Shown: positions 39,301 to 52,202, counted from the whole stretch's first letter. The stretch is 54,786 nt of DNA, filler included, from Sluysia triapertura (GCA_046118255.1; 4 parts of 4 records of this genome joined end to end with filler, not necessarily neighbours in it); one strand, 5' to 3'. Translations and numbers: made by a program. Notes: generated by a model not told the origin, from the sequence alone.

Positions 39301-41283
39301 ACGTAAAACAATGATTTTCATAAATATAAAACTTAACTTAATTCTAAAAGTCTGGACTAATTCTTATTAGATAAAAGAATCAAAATCAAGTGCTCTTAAC
39401 AAGTTTTAAACAATTACATTTTTAATGAAATAAACAAATACTAATGAAAGTATCTTGCGTGACAACTATTTTTATATAATAAAATTATTAACTGAATAAA
39501 AAAATTAACTTTTTATTCAGTTTATTTTCCATTTTGTTTAATATTATTATTCATCCTGTGTCTATGATGAAATTCGAATTACTGAAATTTCTTGGAAAAT
39601 AATTTCATACCTTTCTTGTAATAAACACTATGATTATTTTTAAACTAATCGATTTTTAAACTAAACCACAGTACTATTAAAAGTACTGGCATCGTTTATA
39701 TTAAATCAGTGACAAAGCACATAAATTGTAGGATTCAAATATAGATATAAAATTACTTGAAAATAAGCTTTCCAATCCACAATTTTAGAATTTGTCCTTA
39801 TATTGTTTTACTGAACGGATAGTGTACATATATATATTTGCGCAGAATTTGCAGCATTTATAATTAGCAAATTTTACTTATAAATGCTTTTCATTAATCT
39901 AGTTTGTAAGTACAATAATCTATAAATTTTAATTTGAATAAACTTCAAATTTATTAGTGATACTTTTTTGAACTACAATTCTTTTAAACAAAAACATATA
40001 ACCCTGTCAAATAAAGTGTACTTGCATTTTTCATTTTATTCATAATCGCTTACACCTAATACCTATTCTTACTTTCCTACTTTTCAACGATTTCTTAAAT
40101 TAAGATCATTTCCGTTCTTATACAAAATCTCAATTTATTACGCCCTTGTGGCAAAGTGTCAGGTCTAATTTTTGAATTTAACATTAAACTTTTATTTTAA
40201 TATCTGAAATCATTAATCACTTTGTAAATTAGAATGTTAAATGAAATTATATCACAAACTTTTAATATATTTTGAATTATATTTTACAAATGCAACATAT
40301 TTTCTAAAATAAATGAAGGTACGTTATAATTTGTAAATTTAATTTTTTTTGGTAATATTAAATATAACTTGAAGGATTACTTGAAGTCTGCAACATTAAA
40401 CTAGGTTGCATTAACCGCTGATTATTTAAAGGTAATTGATTGTTGTTCGCAGAATTAACAGGAGTGTTAATTGGGTTTTGTAACATTAAATTTTGATTGC
40501 GATTAATATTATGAAAATTTTGTAAATTCATTAACAAATTTTGACTGAGAGCAGGTAAATTTGCTATAGATAAATTTGGCATTTTTAGTGTTCCCCCATA
40601 AGTATTTACAGGCATTTGATTTGTTATATTGCCCAAATTTCCACCATAAGTGGTTCCATTGTTCTTGTTGGAATCTAAAACTAAGTTTAACTTTTAATAA
40701 AATACCTGTTTTTGATTTATTTGAATTACTAGAACCAGCTGCAGCTTGCTCAAAGTAATTTAAATTTTGTTTAGTGCAATATGTTACGATAGGTGCTAAT
40801 CCATGTATTTCTATTTTTGGCAGTTTCTCAATTGCTTCTTTTGCTGATTTATCTGATTTAAAAACCATCACACAAAACCTAATATTTTACATATAAATAA
40901 AACGTTATACCCCTTAGATTGACCGTTCTGTCTATTTTCATGAAATTTAATTTCAGAAACATCTTTTATGCCTAGCTTATGAACTGCATCTAATAAATCT
41001 TGATCAGTAGTCCACTAAATGATAGAATAAAAACTTCAATTAGCATACCCATCTAAGATTTCCGACATATGTAGCAATTTTTCGGCCAGCGTTTGATGAA
41101 TGAACAATCTAATAAGATTATGCAAACTATTTATTATTTTACTTCTTTCGATTGTTCATTTGATTGATCGAAATCCTCATAAATTTCCATATTCTCTCTC
41201 TTTAAAATAATTAAATATAAATTGTTGCTAACCTTCCAATTTTCATCCATGTCATATATATCTACTTCATCTTCAGTAGCCAT
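36395..41283 (-). CDS. CPSF6: Cleavage and polyadenylation specificity factor 6 (CFIm68), ~471 aa; exons 41233-41283, 41143-41199, 41049-41108, 40911-41014, 40706-40878, 40369-40674, 38457-38630, 38174-38423, 36395-36635
   Basis: [34 protein letters not shown]; PHINPNFF; [58 protein letters not shown]; RS-rich tail. All introns are GT-AG and phase-consistent (total 1416 nt). Confidence 0.95.
36688..36869 (+). repeat. tRNA-like family copy inside the CPSF6 last intron (antisense)
   Basis: GGTCTAAAAGCGCAGAC...AATTCGAATC..GTCAGTGCA..AAGTCTAA tail is shared with 15656-15678. Ends TGTCAACA. Confidence 0.45.
38812..38870 (+). mobile_element. hAT (Blackjack-like) terminal sequence in a CPSF6 intron
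   Basis: TAAGGTGACCAGA...CGGGACA resembles TAGGGTGACC...GGGACA termini. Confidence 0.5.
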
Positions 41284-41796
41284 ATTACTTAAATTGTCGC
41301 TGTAAACATTAAAATCGTTATAACAAAAAAATAGTAAATTGTATAATAAAACAAAAGAAACAGATATATTCAATATTCAATAATTTCGTAATAAAAAATA
41401 CAAAAACAATAATTCAATATTTTCATATATTGTGAAATAATTTAATAAAAAAGTAAAGTTAACAATTTGCTTAATCCAGTATTACATTAAAGTAAATATT
41501 ATTTTAAATTACGCCAAGTAAAAATTATCTTTCATTTTAACACGAAAAGCATCACAGTATAAGCTATATTATGGATTACATTTTTGAATAAATTTACTGT
41601 ATTTAGATATATCGAATTAGATGTAAAAATTGTATAATTGACGACAATGAAAATTAATTGTTAATTTGAATGAAGCGAAAATTAAATCGTATAATATTGT
41701 AGGAAATATTAATTAGTTTTCAAATATATATTGTGTAAATATTCTGAATATAATTTACTTTTTATTGAATAATATGAAGTCAAATGAGGTATAATA

Positions 41797-41945
41797 AAAG
41801 TATGGAGTTCCTAAGTGATCAATACTTGGTCCGTTATTGTTTATAACATATATATTAATGATGTTTCAATTGTAATCGAATTGTATGGTTTTAAATACCT
41901 TATATATGCTGATGACGTGCAAATATATATTGAATTTGAAATGAA
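41797..41945 (+). mobile_element. L2/CR1-group reverse transcriptase fragment
   Basis: YGVPK*SILGPLLF/..YINDV...LIYADDVQIY. Confidence 0.85.
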
Positions 41946-42596
41946 CATAGAAAATACTGTAAAGTTTAAAAATGTAACTCTAATTTTAAATGTCATTAAT
42001 TATGTAAAGTGTGGAAGTGCAGTTTTAAAATGTAAATTAGTTGTTTTCGTGTGAAATTAATATTGTAAATATTAAATGTGTTATTTAATTTAATTTATAA
42101 AATTTAATTATACAAAAAATATAAATAGTTGATATTTTACTGGAATTATTATTATTGTATTAATTAATTGTTAAAATTATTATTAATATTAAAATATTAT
42201 AAAATTATTTATTAAACGTACAGAAAAATTATTATTAATTCCATTTTTATCATTATTGTTAACTCTATAAAAGTCCTTATGATTCACTGCAATTAAGTTT
42301 ATGATTTTACACTCAACTTTATGATTCATTTTTCATAACCTTAAATCTCATAAATCTGCTAGTATTTCCTTATACTTAACAAATTATCTGAAAGGTCAGT
42401 TCGCCTAGTATATACGCTTTATACCAAACTTGGAGACGTATTACTAGGTTTTAGAATTTTAAAGCTTAACTTAAAGACTAAGTAAATTGATCAGTTATCT
42501 TTTGCGCTTACACGATAAATTAATTCTACACTTAACGTTTAGTTTATATTGAACAACTAAATAAAATTAACTTTTGTTGTATTTTAGATACGTTTC

Positions 42597-42715
42597 ACAA
42601 CCCTTTTATTAAGGTGTTGTTAAAATAAAAGTAAATTGCACAACTCTCTTAATGAGATGTTGTATGAAAAGAATTATTTTAATATTTACACAACCCTTTT
42701 ATTAAGGTGTTGTTA
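42597..42715. repeat. Array of ACAAC-stem-loop-TGTTGT hairpins running into the gap
   Basis: Units at 42597, 42640 and 42690. First and third are identical. Confidence 0.75.
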
Positions 42716-42815
42716 NNNNNNNNNNNNNNNNNNNNNNNNNNNNNNNNNNNNNNNNNNNNTTAATTAATTAANNNNNNNNNNNNNNNNNNNNNNNNNNNNN
42801 NNNNNNNNNNNNNNN
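42716..42815. other. Artificial contig spacer
   Basis: N44-TTAATTAATTAA-N44. Confidence 0.97.
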
Positions 42816-42829
42816 AATCTTTATACAGA

Positions 42830-43420
42830 CCTTAAGTCTGGTTTTGCTAATCATAATATTACAATTACTAATATTAAATTTCTAAAAGTTAACCATAAAT
42901 CAAATGCATATATATCCCGGCCATCACAAACTCCTTGTCAACGTTATGATGTTTTGAGTTGACAACATTTGAACTGAATTTAGACATTTTTTGTTACTTG
43001 AGCAACTTTACTTGGGATAAAAAGTGAATCGATATCGATAAAAAATGTAAACGATTATATTTTATAGTTAATAAAATTTTCAATAAAATGTGATCCAAGA
43101 TTTGATGTTTAAATAACATAGTTTCCATAATGGGTACTTTGTGCATGAATTTGATTAAAATTTGATTAAATTTCACTTTTGTAGAATTAACTGTAAAATA
43201 TTCACCACACGAAGCCATACGAATCATTCGTGCGTCTGAAATAAGTTTCGTTACAAATTGTTCTAAAATTGTAGCATGCATATGGAGATCGTTGATAGTT
43301 ACTCCAAAACCAAAAGATTGTGTATAAAGTATTTTCGATTAATTGACAACATTGCTGCAACAGCTTTACGAGATTTGATATATTCTGACTCTTATATGCT
43401 TGGCCGGTAGTTGCATATTT
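42830..43420 (-). pseudogene. Possible decayed fragment of a viral-type multisubunit RNA polymerase largest subunit
   Basis: INRKYF/QSFGFGVTINDL, ~75 aa later YNRLHFL, then frameshifted DGR/GY..LIYG and ..SKT. Intronless. Confidence 0.4.
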
Positions 43421-43710
43421 TTGAAAATAAGAAACAAATAAACAAAATGTTGAATGTAATAAACTAACACGATAAATATAATTTCTTAACTTTAAACTTT
43501 TTTATTTTAATACCATAAATTATAGGACCTATATTCAATAGAAGTCTTAATTGTATAACTGTTCACACTATTAGTTTTAAAATCTACAAGGCAAAATTGT
43601 GAACAAAAAAATAAACACTAAAATTTTCTATTATAGTTACGTTAAAAATCTTTTTTGACAGTTTTTGCACTAAATTGTGTTACTAACTTATTTTAATTAT
43701 TTCTTTATTT

Positions 43711-44998
43711 TGTGGTTGGCTGACCAATAGACGTGTAAGTATTGTAAATTGTTCATCACCTGTATTAAGAGACGTCTATTGGTCAGTTGGTATCAAACTG
43801 ATTGTGAAATAAGTGAGGTGATAATGTGAGTGTATGTTATCGGTGGGCAGTGAGCAAAATACATTAAATTATTCTAATTAAGCTCTCTACCGATGGCAGG
43901 TAAAGTAATGAGAAAAGCATAATAGGTAAGGGCAGTGACTAACATTTCACATATCACACTGCTACTTGACAAAATGATGATGACAATGAATAATGATAAT
44001 TATAGTAAAATAATTATACTACTGTATTAAAATTAAATAATAATGATTATAATAAAATAATATAACGAAATTTAAATACATGAATTTCTTAAGAATCGCC
44101 TAAACACAATCTTTCTTATAATTTCTTATTATTTTCTTGACATTAAAATTTCTTTAAAATGATTGAAATTAAAATCCTTTTAGCTTAATACCTCTGATAA
44201 AGTTATTTCTAGTTCTTTTATTTGTTGATTATATGAATAATTCATTTCTTTCTTCGAATGCTTTTGAAATATTGGTTGTTTCTTATTTCCTTTAAAAGAG
44301 ATTGTTTGGTTATTACAAAGATATAAGTTATGGAAGGGTTAATAAGAAAATGTTTGAAAGAAATGATCGATACGAAAATGTTTAAGGAATGTTGCTCAGT
44401 GTTTTCAATAATATTATGGATTGAATGGTGAGGATTATGAATTTGAAATGTTTTAAATTGATTTGAAGATGTCTGTCGGTTAATTTAGGATGTGATTGTG
44501 GTTCTAATGTTATAAAATCCTTTATACATATTTTAGAAGAGTTTTCAGATATAGATTGATAATTTTAAAAGAACGTTTAAGTAAACATTGATGGCTTTGC
44601 GAGTCGTTATGATTTGGATATTGTAAGCTTGTGGAATTGAGATGTTTTAAATAAACTTTAAATTGTAAATTGATGGTTTAAAATGTAATTGTAATTTTGA
44701 TATTATGAATTATGGGTTGAAGTGTTTTAAGTAAAATTTAATGTGTGCTAATGGTCTGATCGTGAATGTAATTTTTCTGTTATAAAGTATAAAATAGAAA
44801 TGTTTTGAGAAATTTGTGATAAAGTTTTATTGGAAGTAAAGGAGATAAAATATGAAAAGGTTTAGATGTAAGAGTATTTAAAATGATATGAAATTTTATG
44901 TTTACATGTTTTATGGTATTTAGGGTTGTGAAATGTAGAGAATGGTTTTGTTATGTCAACAAAATAAAATTTGTTGAAGTAATAGGTTGGCCACCACA
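43711..44998. mobile_element. Solo-LTR-like element TGTGGTTGGC...TGGCCACCACA with a subterminal 15-bp hairpin
   Basis: Imperfect inverted termini. CTGACCAATAGACGT / ACGTCTATTGGTCAG at 43720-43786. Confidence 0.55.
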
Positions 44999-45389
44999 GT
45001 GATTAAAATATCAAATTTGATAAAATTTAAAAACAGCAATAGAACTTTGATTTTAATTAACGATCATCCAAAATATTTTTTACAACGTAACACCGAAATA
45101 TTTATCATGTGCTGTAGAGATTCAAATTTATTCAGTAAATAATGAAATAAAGTGTAGACTGCAGAAAGAAGTTATATTCTAAAACACCAAACACTAAATC
45201 TTAAATTTTGTTATAAATCATTATTCTTACATTCTGTAATAAACAATCGATCGTGTTTTTAGAATTCTATAAGAAAAGGCCATTTAATTATTTTCATATT
45301 CCCTATAATAAAACTACAATACCTGAGGATAGAATATTGCAAGTGGGTAGTAACCACGAATTTTTATTAGGATTTGAAAACGTTAAAGA

Positions 45390-45871
45390 ATGATTGTTAT
45401 TTTTAGATGCTGAATTTATTCAAGTAGAAAACAAGAAGCTAGGATTAGCCAGTATAGCGATACTAAATTACGAAGGACAAGAAGTGTTTGTTACTAAAAC
45501 TACTCCCCGAAATTATGTGACAGATTACAATACTAAATTACCAATTTTACTGAAACAGACTTGATTAATCAAACAGATGAACGATCTGTTATCGCTTACA
45601 TAAGATTATTGTTGAAAGGAAAGATATTGGTTGGACACGGTTTGGATAATGATTTACTAGTTTTGGAGATAAATAAAAATCATTTATATGGCATGACTGA
45701 TTTAGCAGTTAACAAACAATTACTGAGAAGATTTAAACATCCAGTTCCAAAGATTGCATTAAAGAGAGTAGTGAAAGGATTATTCCAACAAGATATACAT
45801 ATAAATAACGTGATAGTCTTCAAGACGCTCAGTATATCCGTCGAACTTTTATTGAATTAATACCTCATTAA
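45390..45871 (+). pseudogene. Stand-alone DEDDh 3'-5' exonuclease (REX4/ISG20/AEN-like) pseudogene
   Basis: FLDAEF..LASIAILNYEG..VTDYNTK/..LKGKILVGHGLDNDLLVL..TD..LKRVVK..QDI/RDSLQDA. At least two frameshifts, and the catalytic His codon reads CGT. Confidence 0.88.
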
Positions 45872-46392
45872 ATAAAGAAAAACAATGTCCAAGAAAAACA
45901 AGCTAAGCAATGTAATGAATGTTTCGGTAAAGTAATCATTAAAAAAAATTTTTTTAATAATTTAAAAAATTGATCGGTAAGCCTTGTATTTAAAAAATGC
46001 ATCTTATAGTACGTATAGTAAGATATTAATGTATTTACTTTAAAATAATTTTTAATATTTTATAAAAAAAAGTGATGTAAAACTATTATAGAGTTAATCC
46101 TTTATTTTCTTTCACTTTCATTCTTTTTATTAAGTCTTATCAAAGTTTCTCAACCGCCATATTGTATTTACAAAAATTTGAAATTGTTAATCGATAAAAC
46201 AAAATATTAAACTTTTAATTTTTTAATATAGCAAAATCTTTTAAATATTAATTTTAAATTTTAATTACTTTTTAAATTTTAATTCTTTATAATAGCGGTA
46301 AATATTTTAGATAATATTTTACACATAATCAATAAATTAAATTATTAGGACACAATCAAATTATTATTCAACAATAAAGTAAATTTTCAGGT

Positions 46393-46550
46393 TACCGGAT
46401 CACAGTTTACAGTTCTCACACATGTCCAGACTTTAGTGTGTGCCGAGCAGTTGACTACATGCTACATTAATGACGATAAAAATATCTTGTGGCTTACTGG
46501 ATCATAAGGATTTTGCCGAATTGCTAGTTTTTTGTCAAGAGCGCCGCAAA
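46393..46550 (+). mobile_element. Gypsy RNase H remnant
   Basis: GSQFTVLTHVQTL...NILW...ASFLSRAP resembles FTVxTDHxPL..RW..ADxLSR. Confidence 0.4.
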
Positions 46551-47879
46551 CAAAATTTGTCTTCACCAGCTCAGTAAAAATCTGTAATGCAATTTGGAAT
46601 GGTCTATTCTTTTGATAAATATTTTGCACGCGCTTTTTCTTAAGGTCTAAAAAGTTACATATAATCTGATATCTTTATTGAATAATTAATTATGAAAGAT
46701 AAAAATAAGCACACATTAAAAATTATTATTTGTAGTTACAACTCTTAGTCGTTTACTGTAGTTGTACTCTGCTAAAGTTATTTTGCAGTGAATTAAGAGT
46801 TAATAGAAACATAACACTATGTATAAATAATAAGTTATTTAATACAACGGGTAGTACATAACAAAAATAATAATAAATCTTAAATCGTTCTTAAAATAGG
46901 AGTGATACAGTAGTATCAATTTATGAATATGAAAAGATAATTTTTTTTAACATAAGATGACTATTAAATAAAATGAGCTTTTGGAACAAAGATAATTTAG
47001 ATATTGATCCTTTAGAAGAAGTTAACTTAGTATTATTGTTGCTTGTGTAATTGCAGACGCTCCTCGTACTATAAATGTTGAATGTTACATCATTTTGTTA
47101 CTATAATTGTTTTAAAATGTTCATTAAGAATACTTAAAATCATTTAACGGTCCCTAAACTTCTCCACTAAATTGAAACAATAAAATTAAAGATTGATTAA
47201 CGAAGTTTGACTTTTTGTATAAAAACAATTAAGTTTAGCATTATTTATTGAATCCAAAAAGCTTAAATGTAATTTAAAAAAACAAAAGAAAAAATATTTA
47301 TAAAATTTAGATTACTTATTAAAATACACTTTAAATTTTGTAACTTGAAGTTAAGTTAAAAGGATACTTGTTTACTTGAAGAATTGAACTGCTTTAAGTG
47401 TTTACAGTCTTACAGTGATTTACGTATAGGAAATAATGCAATTAGAGACTATCATAGATTATAAAGTTATGTGATTTGAAGTTAAATTACAAACTTTTAT
47501 TTAAAATTAATTTGGATTAAACAGTTTAATCCTTAGGTGCTTATTATAAACGTGCTCGTAAATAAGGGTAAAAAAATTTTTATAATCCATTACTAAGATA
47601 CATTTAAATTTATTTAAATTTAATTTATATTTTGTATAATTTGTAATCTCATATCAAATTAATTCTTAAAAGAATAAAAGTTATGCAACTGAAATCAACA
47701 TGAAATAATTAAAACGATGAATTAAGAAATTTAATGAAATTTTTAAGTATTTTAAAATAATTGTAAAACATTTAAATATAAATTAATATATATTATTATT
47801 GTTATAAATCGATATTATTAGTGAATTTTGGTCAAGTATGGATGAGTGAATCCAATTTGGTTGGAGCATGGAGAAATTA

Positions 47880-48150
47880 GGTCGTTTTGTCTCGGCGCTT
47901 AGAATAAATCATTCAGTATAAACAGAAAGAACTTTTCCTAATCTTTCAGTAGCTGGATGTATATTTTTGAAACATAAACGATATATAACCTAATGTGGAT
48001 TCTATTTAAGTTATGTCTCAATGAAATATTCATTCTGGTTTCCGAATTTTTTATTATTTCCAAAAGATATTCAGGATCTTCGTAACACAAGCACTTCGAA
48101 ATTATTGTCATTATTTTGAATTCTATTCTTGCCTTCATTGGCAACGTTTT
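47880..48150 (-). mobile_element. L2 LINE 3' fragment
   Basis: LPMKARIEFKIMTIISKCL...PEYL, followed by GAATGATTTA..TAAGCGC, which is shared with 54768-54786. Confidence 0.75.
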
Positions 48151-48714
48151 CTTAAATAAATCTAATAAATATACGAAATTAGAAATAATTAAAATTTAAT
48201 CAATAACTTTTGAAATATACTAAAAACTAACTCAGGCATCTCTTGTGGCAATAGTAACATCTCCAAAGGATATTGACGTTTTCTTTGGGTAGTCCCATTT
48301 GAATTGTATTCCAATTGGAAATAATTAATCGAAATAATATTATTAAAACCAATTTTTTCAAATTAACATAACTGATAAATTATGATCAATTATTTGATTT
48401 CATTTGTAATTAATATATTAATTAGATTTAACTTTCAATAAAAATCTTTTATATAAAATTAGTGCATTAATATAAAAATAGGGAAATGATAATATAATAA
48501 TGATAATAATAATTGAAAATTATGGCATGCATGGAATGAATTGAAACAAGTTATTATCATTTATGAAACAAGTTATGAATTGTCAAACAATAATGATACT
48601 ATATACGTAAACTGATAGTATCTTCTGCGTTTCTTAGCAGATTTACTTAGTTCATTTTCTACAACATTCAAGTTCCAAGTCTAAAAATTTCGTAAAAATT
48701 GAAAACCTATTATT

Positions 48715-49203
48715 TTAATCGTAGGTATACTTAACCCACCGGCATTTATTTGCATATTTGAAGTAGCTCCGGTGTTTCCAAAAACATTGTTTAAGACATG
48801 GTTTATTGTCAGTTTGAGACCAATTGTTTTCAGCATAATTTGTGTTCGATTCCGAGTCGAGAGGTTGATTGGTTTTTTTAGACCAGTATAATTTTAGAAT
48901 CATCACTATTTTCGGAAATGTCACTGAAATCTTTTCTGGATCACTCTATTCTTCGTTGCAGGGTGAAACATCTGCTTGGTTTCTTCGTTGTGGCGTATCG
49001 ACATTCTTTCTGAAACAATTATTTAAAATAATTAGGAAAAATTCATTTACCTGTGAAATGAATCACGTGTGTGAACTCATATATGAGTGTACACGAAGAG
49101 GCTGAGTGTGCATAGGAGAATGACTCAGTGTCATTTCGGCTGGTGGGATAAAACATGTAGGATACGTTGTTGGCAACCCTGGTGGTTTGAGTTTTGAAAT
49201 AAT
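48715..49203 (-). pseudogene. Gypsy gag remnant
   Basis: KLKPPG..P.CF..AE at the N-terminus and CFWKHRSYFKYANKC (cf. CxYHxxFGxxAxKC). Internal stops. Lies downstream of an LTR and PBS. Confidence 0.5.
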
Positions 49204-49447
49204 CTGATAAATATTAATTGACATTGCAACTATTAGCTAAAGTCGAAATTGTTTTAATGATTAAGAATGTGATGTTTAATGCTTATGCAGTGACTTTATT
49301 ATGATAAATTAAAGAATAACAAAAGACAATGAATTGTAATAAAATAATAACAATAATAGTAATAATAACATTTAAGTATTCAAACATTGTATGAGATCTT
49401 ATTATTTGGAAAATTCATTCGTACTGACTTTCTTGTAACTTTGCCAC

Positions 49448-50048
49448 TGTTAAAATCTAAGTTACAAACTCTTTTGTTTGCTATATTTTGTTTCATATTC
49501 GTTTGATATTATTTTGAATGTCTGAGGACAGACATTTTCTTCGGGGATGAGATATGTATAGAATTTGAAATATGTAAGAAAAATGATATAAAATATCTGA
49601 AATATGATAATATATACATAATTAAATATTTCTAGAGCAAGAATAATAAACAGTAAAGTGTTTATCATCATTTTGAAACCGAAGAATACCTTGGAGTTCC
49701 AAAGACTTTTGTAGGGTATTAGACCCTTCTGAAGACTTAAGTAGGATTTGGAAAGATGTCTTGAAGTTTAAAGATACCTTTGACTTCGGAACCTTGGAAT
49801 CATTTGAGGCCTTGTTGATCTGTTGGAACCTTCTAAGACTCTTGAGACCTTAATAAACTTTGAAGACCTTCAAATAACCTTGTAAAAGGTTTGGAACCTT
49901 TGAAATGTTCAAAGATTAAAATTACGGTTAATGATATTAAAGATAAATTTAATACATTAATAATTAAACTAAAAAAGTAGAAAAGAAATTAGAGTGGTGA
50001 AGGTGAAAACATCTAGAACCTCCAGAGTACCTTTTAACGTATGTAACA
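49448..50048 (-). mobile_element. LTR (TGTTAC...TTAACA) followed by PBS-like TGGCAAAG
   Basis: Canonical TG...CA termini, TGG one base after the end, and homologous copies at ~3900 and ~33000. Confidence 0.65.
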
Positions 50049-50170
50049 ACTTTATAGCCTTGATAAAACCTTTAAACTTAGAATAACATAAGTTAAAATA
50101 ATTAATTAATTAATTAAAATCTTAATTAACTTAATTAAGGAAAATTACGTTTGTGTGAATAACATAATGA

Positions 50171-50369
50171 TCAACTGCATAAAGTTTAAAGATATTAGAA
50201 TTAATAAGTTTATCCGTATGAACATATTCATCTTGAGAACTTCTCTTATTAACTTTATTTATACCAATAGACCTAAAAATGTTTACTTCAAAGCAAAAAG
50301 TATAGTCAATTGCATAAATTCAAGGATATATGAATTAATAAGTTTATACTTATGAACATATTCATCTTG
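50171..50369 (+). repeat. ~65-nt direct duplication (50171-50235, 50307-50369)
   Basis: TCAA(C/T)TGCATAAA...GAATTAATAAGTTTAT...TATGAACATATTCATCTTG occurs twice. Confidence 0.85.
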
Positions 50370-50587
50370 TGATCCTTTGGTCTGCACTACACTAGTTACT
50401 TCACGATCTTCTATTAATGGACCCAGATGACAATGTAAAGAGGTGACAATGTGTAAAGTAAATTTTGTAATAAAGCTGTAATAAAGTTATTATCAATGGT
50501 AGAGACACTACAAGAACTTATGAAACTTATAAGAATTCTTTACAATAGAAGATAATCATGTTGTCAATGTGCAGTGACATCGATTTG

Positions 50588-50588
<1 letters not shown>

Positions 50589-50654
<66 letters not shown>
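50589..50654. repeat. (AAT)n microsatellite
   Basis: Direct reading. Confidence 0.97.
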
Positions 50655-50657
<3 letters not shown>

Positions 50658-52202
50658 TGTCTTAATTCATTTAATTCATACATTAAGTATGATAAAGCGA
50701 TTATGATAATGAAATGAATTATAATCCACTACTTCTTTTGTCATGGTTTCCATTCATCAAAAGCTATCAGTAAAGTAATACGAGAATAAAATCTAAGAAC
50801 TCTTGTTATGTTTTAAATATTCTAATTCACAAAAATTAATGCAAAGAAAAAACCAGTAAAATTCTTATTCCAAGTACATATTTATATTAGATTTTATTTT
50901 TTTAAATATATTAAATTTTCATAATAAATTTTCCATTAATTATTGTTTCATGATAATTGATTTCCAAATTATAGTAAAAATAAATAAAATTTTTAAATAA
51001 ATATTTATCGTAGGCCCTAAAATAACTTTACTAATATATTTTCGAATTAATTCTAAGACTGATAAAATATTGTGTTTTAAATAACCAAATTTAAGTCTAG
51101 AAAAATAATGCTCATTTTTAAAAACTCTCAAATGAAGTTATACAAAATATTAAAGGTTTCAAAAGATATTTTAATTTGTTATTTTACTTAGGATCTCTAT
51201 CTTCAAGATGTCTTTATGTTAATTGTTATAAAGTTTGCTTCGACATCTAGTAATATATGTTGGGTGGTGGTAATAAATAACGAGACTAACGTGAAGAACA
51301 TTGAAAAATTAATCGACATTATTTTATTATAATGTGTGACAGTGCTAAATTATTTTATTAGACATTAATATGATTATTTTTAGTATTTTATTATCAGAAA
51401 ATGATGTTTTATTTTTATGTTATTAATATTATATTATTTATCAAAAAATTATTAATATTACATTTATTAAAAATATTAAATATTACATTATAAATAGAAT
51501 TAGGAAACACTTTGTTTTAATCTTCTAATATAATATTTTGTTTTAACCTAATATAAATTATTTGTTTTAATGAAGTAAATTATTAAATTATACGAAACAA
51601 AATGGAGGTTAGTAAATTTAGTATAAATAGTAAACATGTTTAGCATAAAAGATAAGAAGAAAATAGTTGAGAACTCAAGACAGTTTATAACACAAAATCT
51701 GACGTTGGATCCAAAGAAGACATTCAGACTAGACATATAGATCCATGCAAAAGTAATTGTTTCTTATATAGGTTGCAAGCATCCTAATTTTAAATATTAG
51801 GATCGGTAAAATACACTCAAAATATTTTTAAGTATTGTCAGACTGTAAAAGGGCTGACTTAACCTTCTACTTAAAATTAATTCAGTCTAAGGGAAACCTT
51901 AAGATTTTAAATTTTATCTTTATTATAGTTGTAACTAAAGTGTTGAGGGCAAATTTATTGCTATTAATTTATAAAGTTTAACTTTGACCGAATAAAAATA
52001 ATTAAAAAGAAACCAATTTTATCTATTTTATTATTAATTGCTAGCAGGGGCTTAAGGCCCAGATTTATTAATAATAAACGAATATTTAAAGCGCATAAAA
52101 ACATAACAAGATAAACCAACTTGGTGTAATTGACAAAAACATTTATTAAAAATAGTTCGTTTAAATAAAAGTAAAAAAATAAACGAATACGAATATACAT
52201 AC

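Noticed and set aside
51964-52202. C-terminal 79 aa of the 337-aa ORF
   Set aside because: Follows a GTATGT donor and is F/L/I/N-rich, so probably intron read-through.
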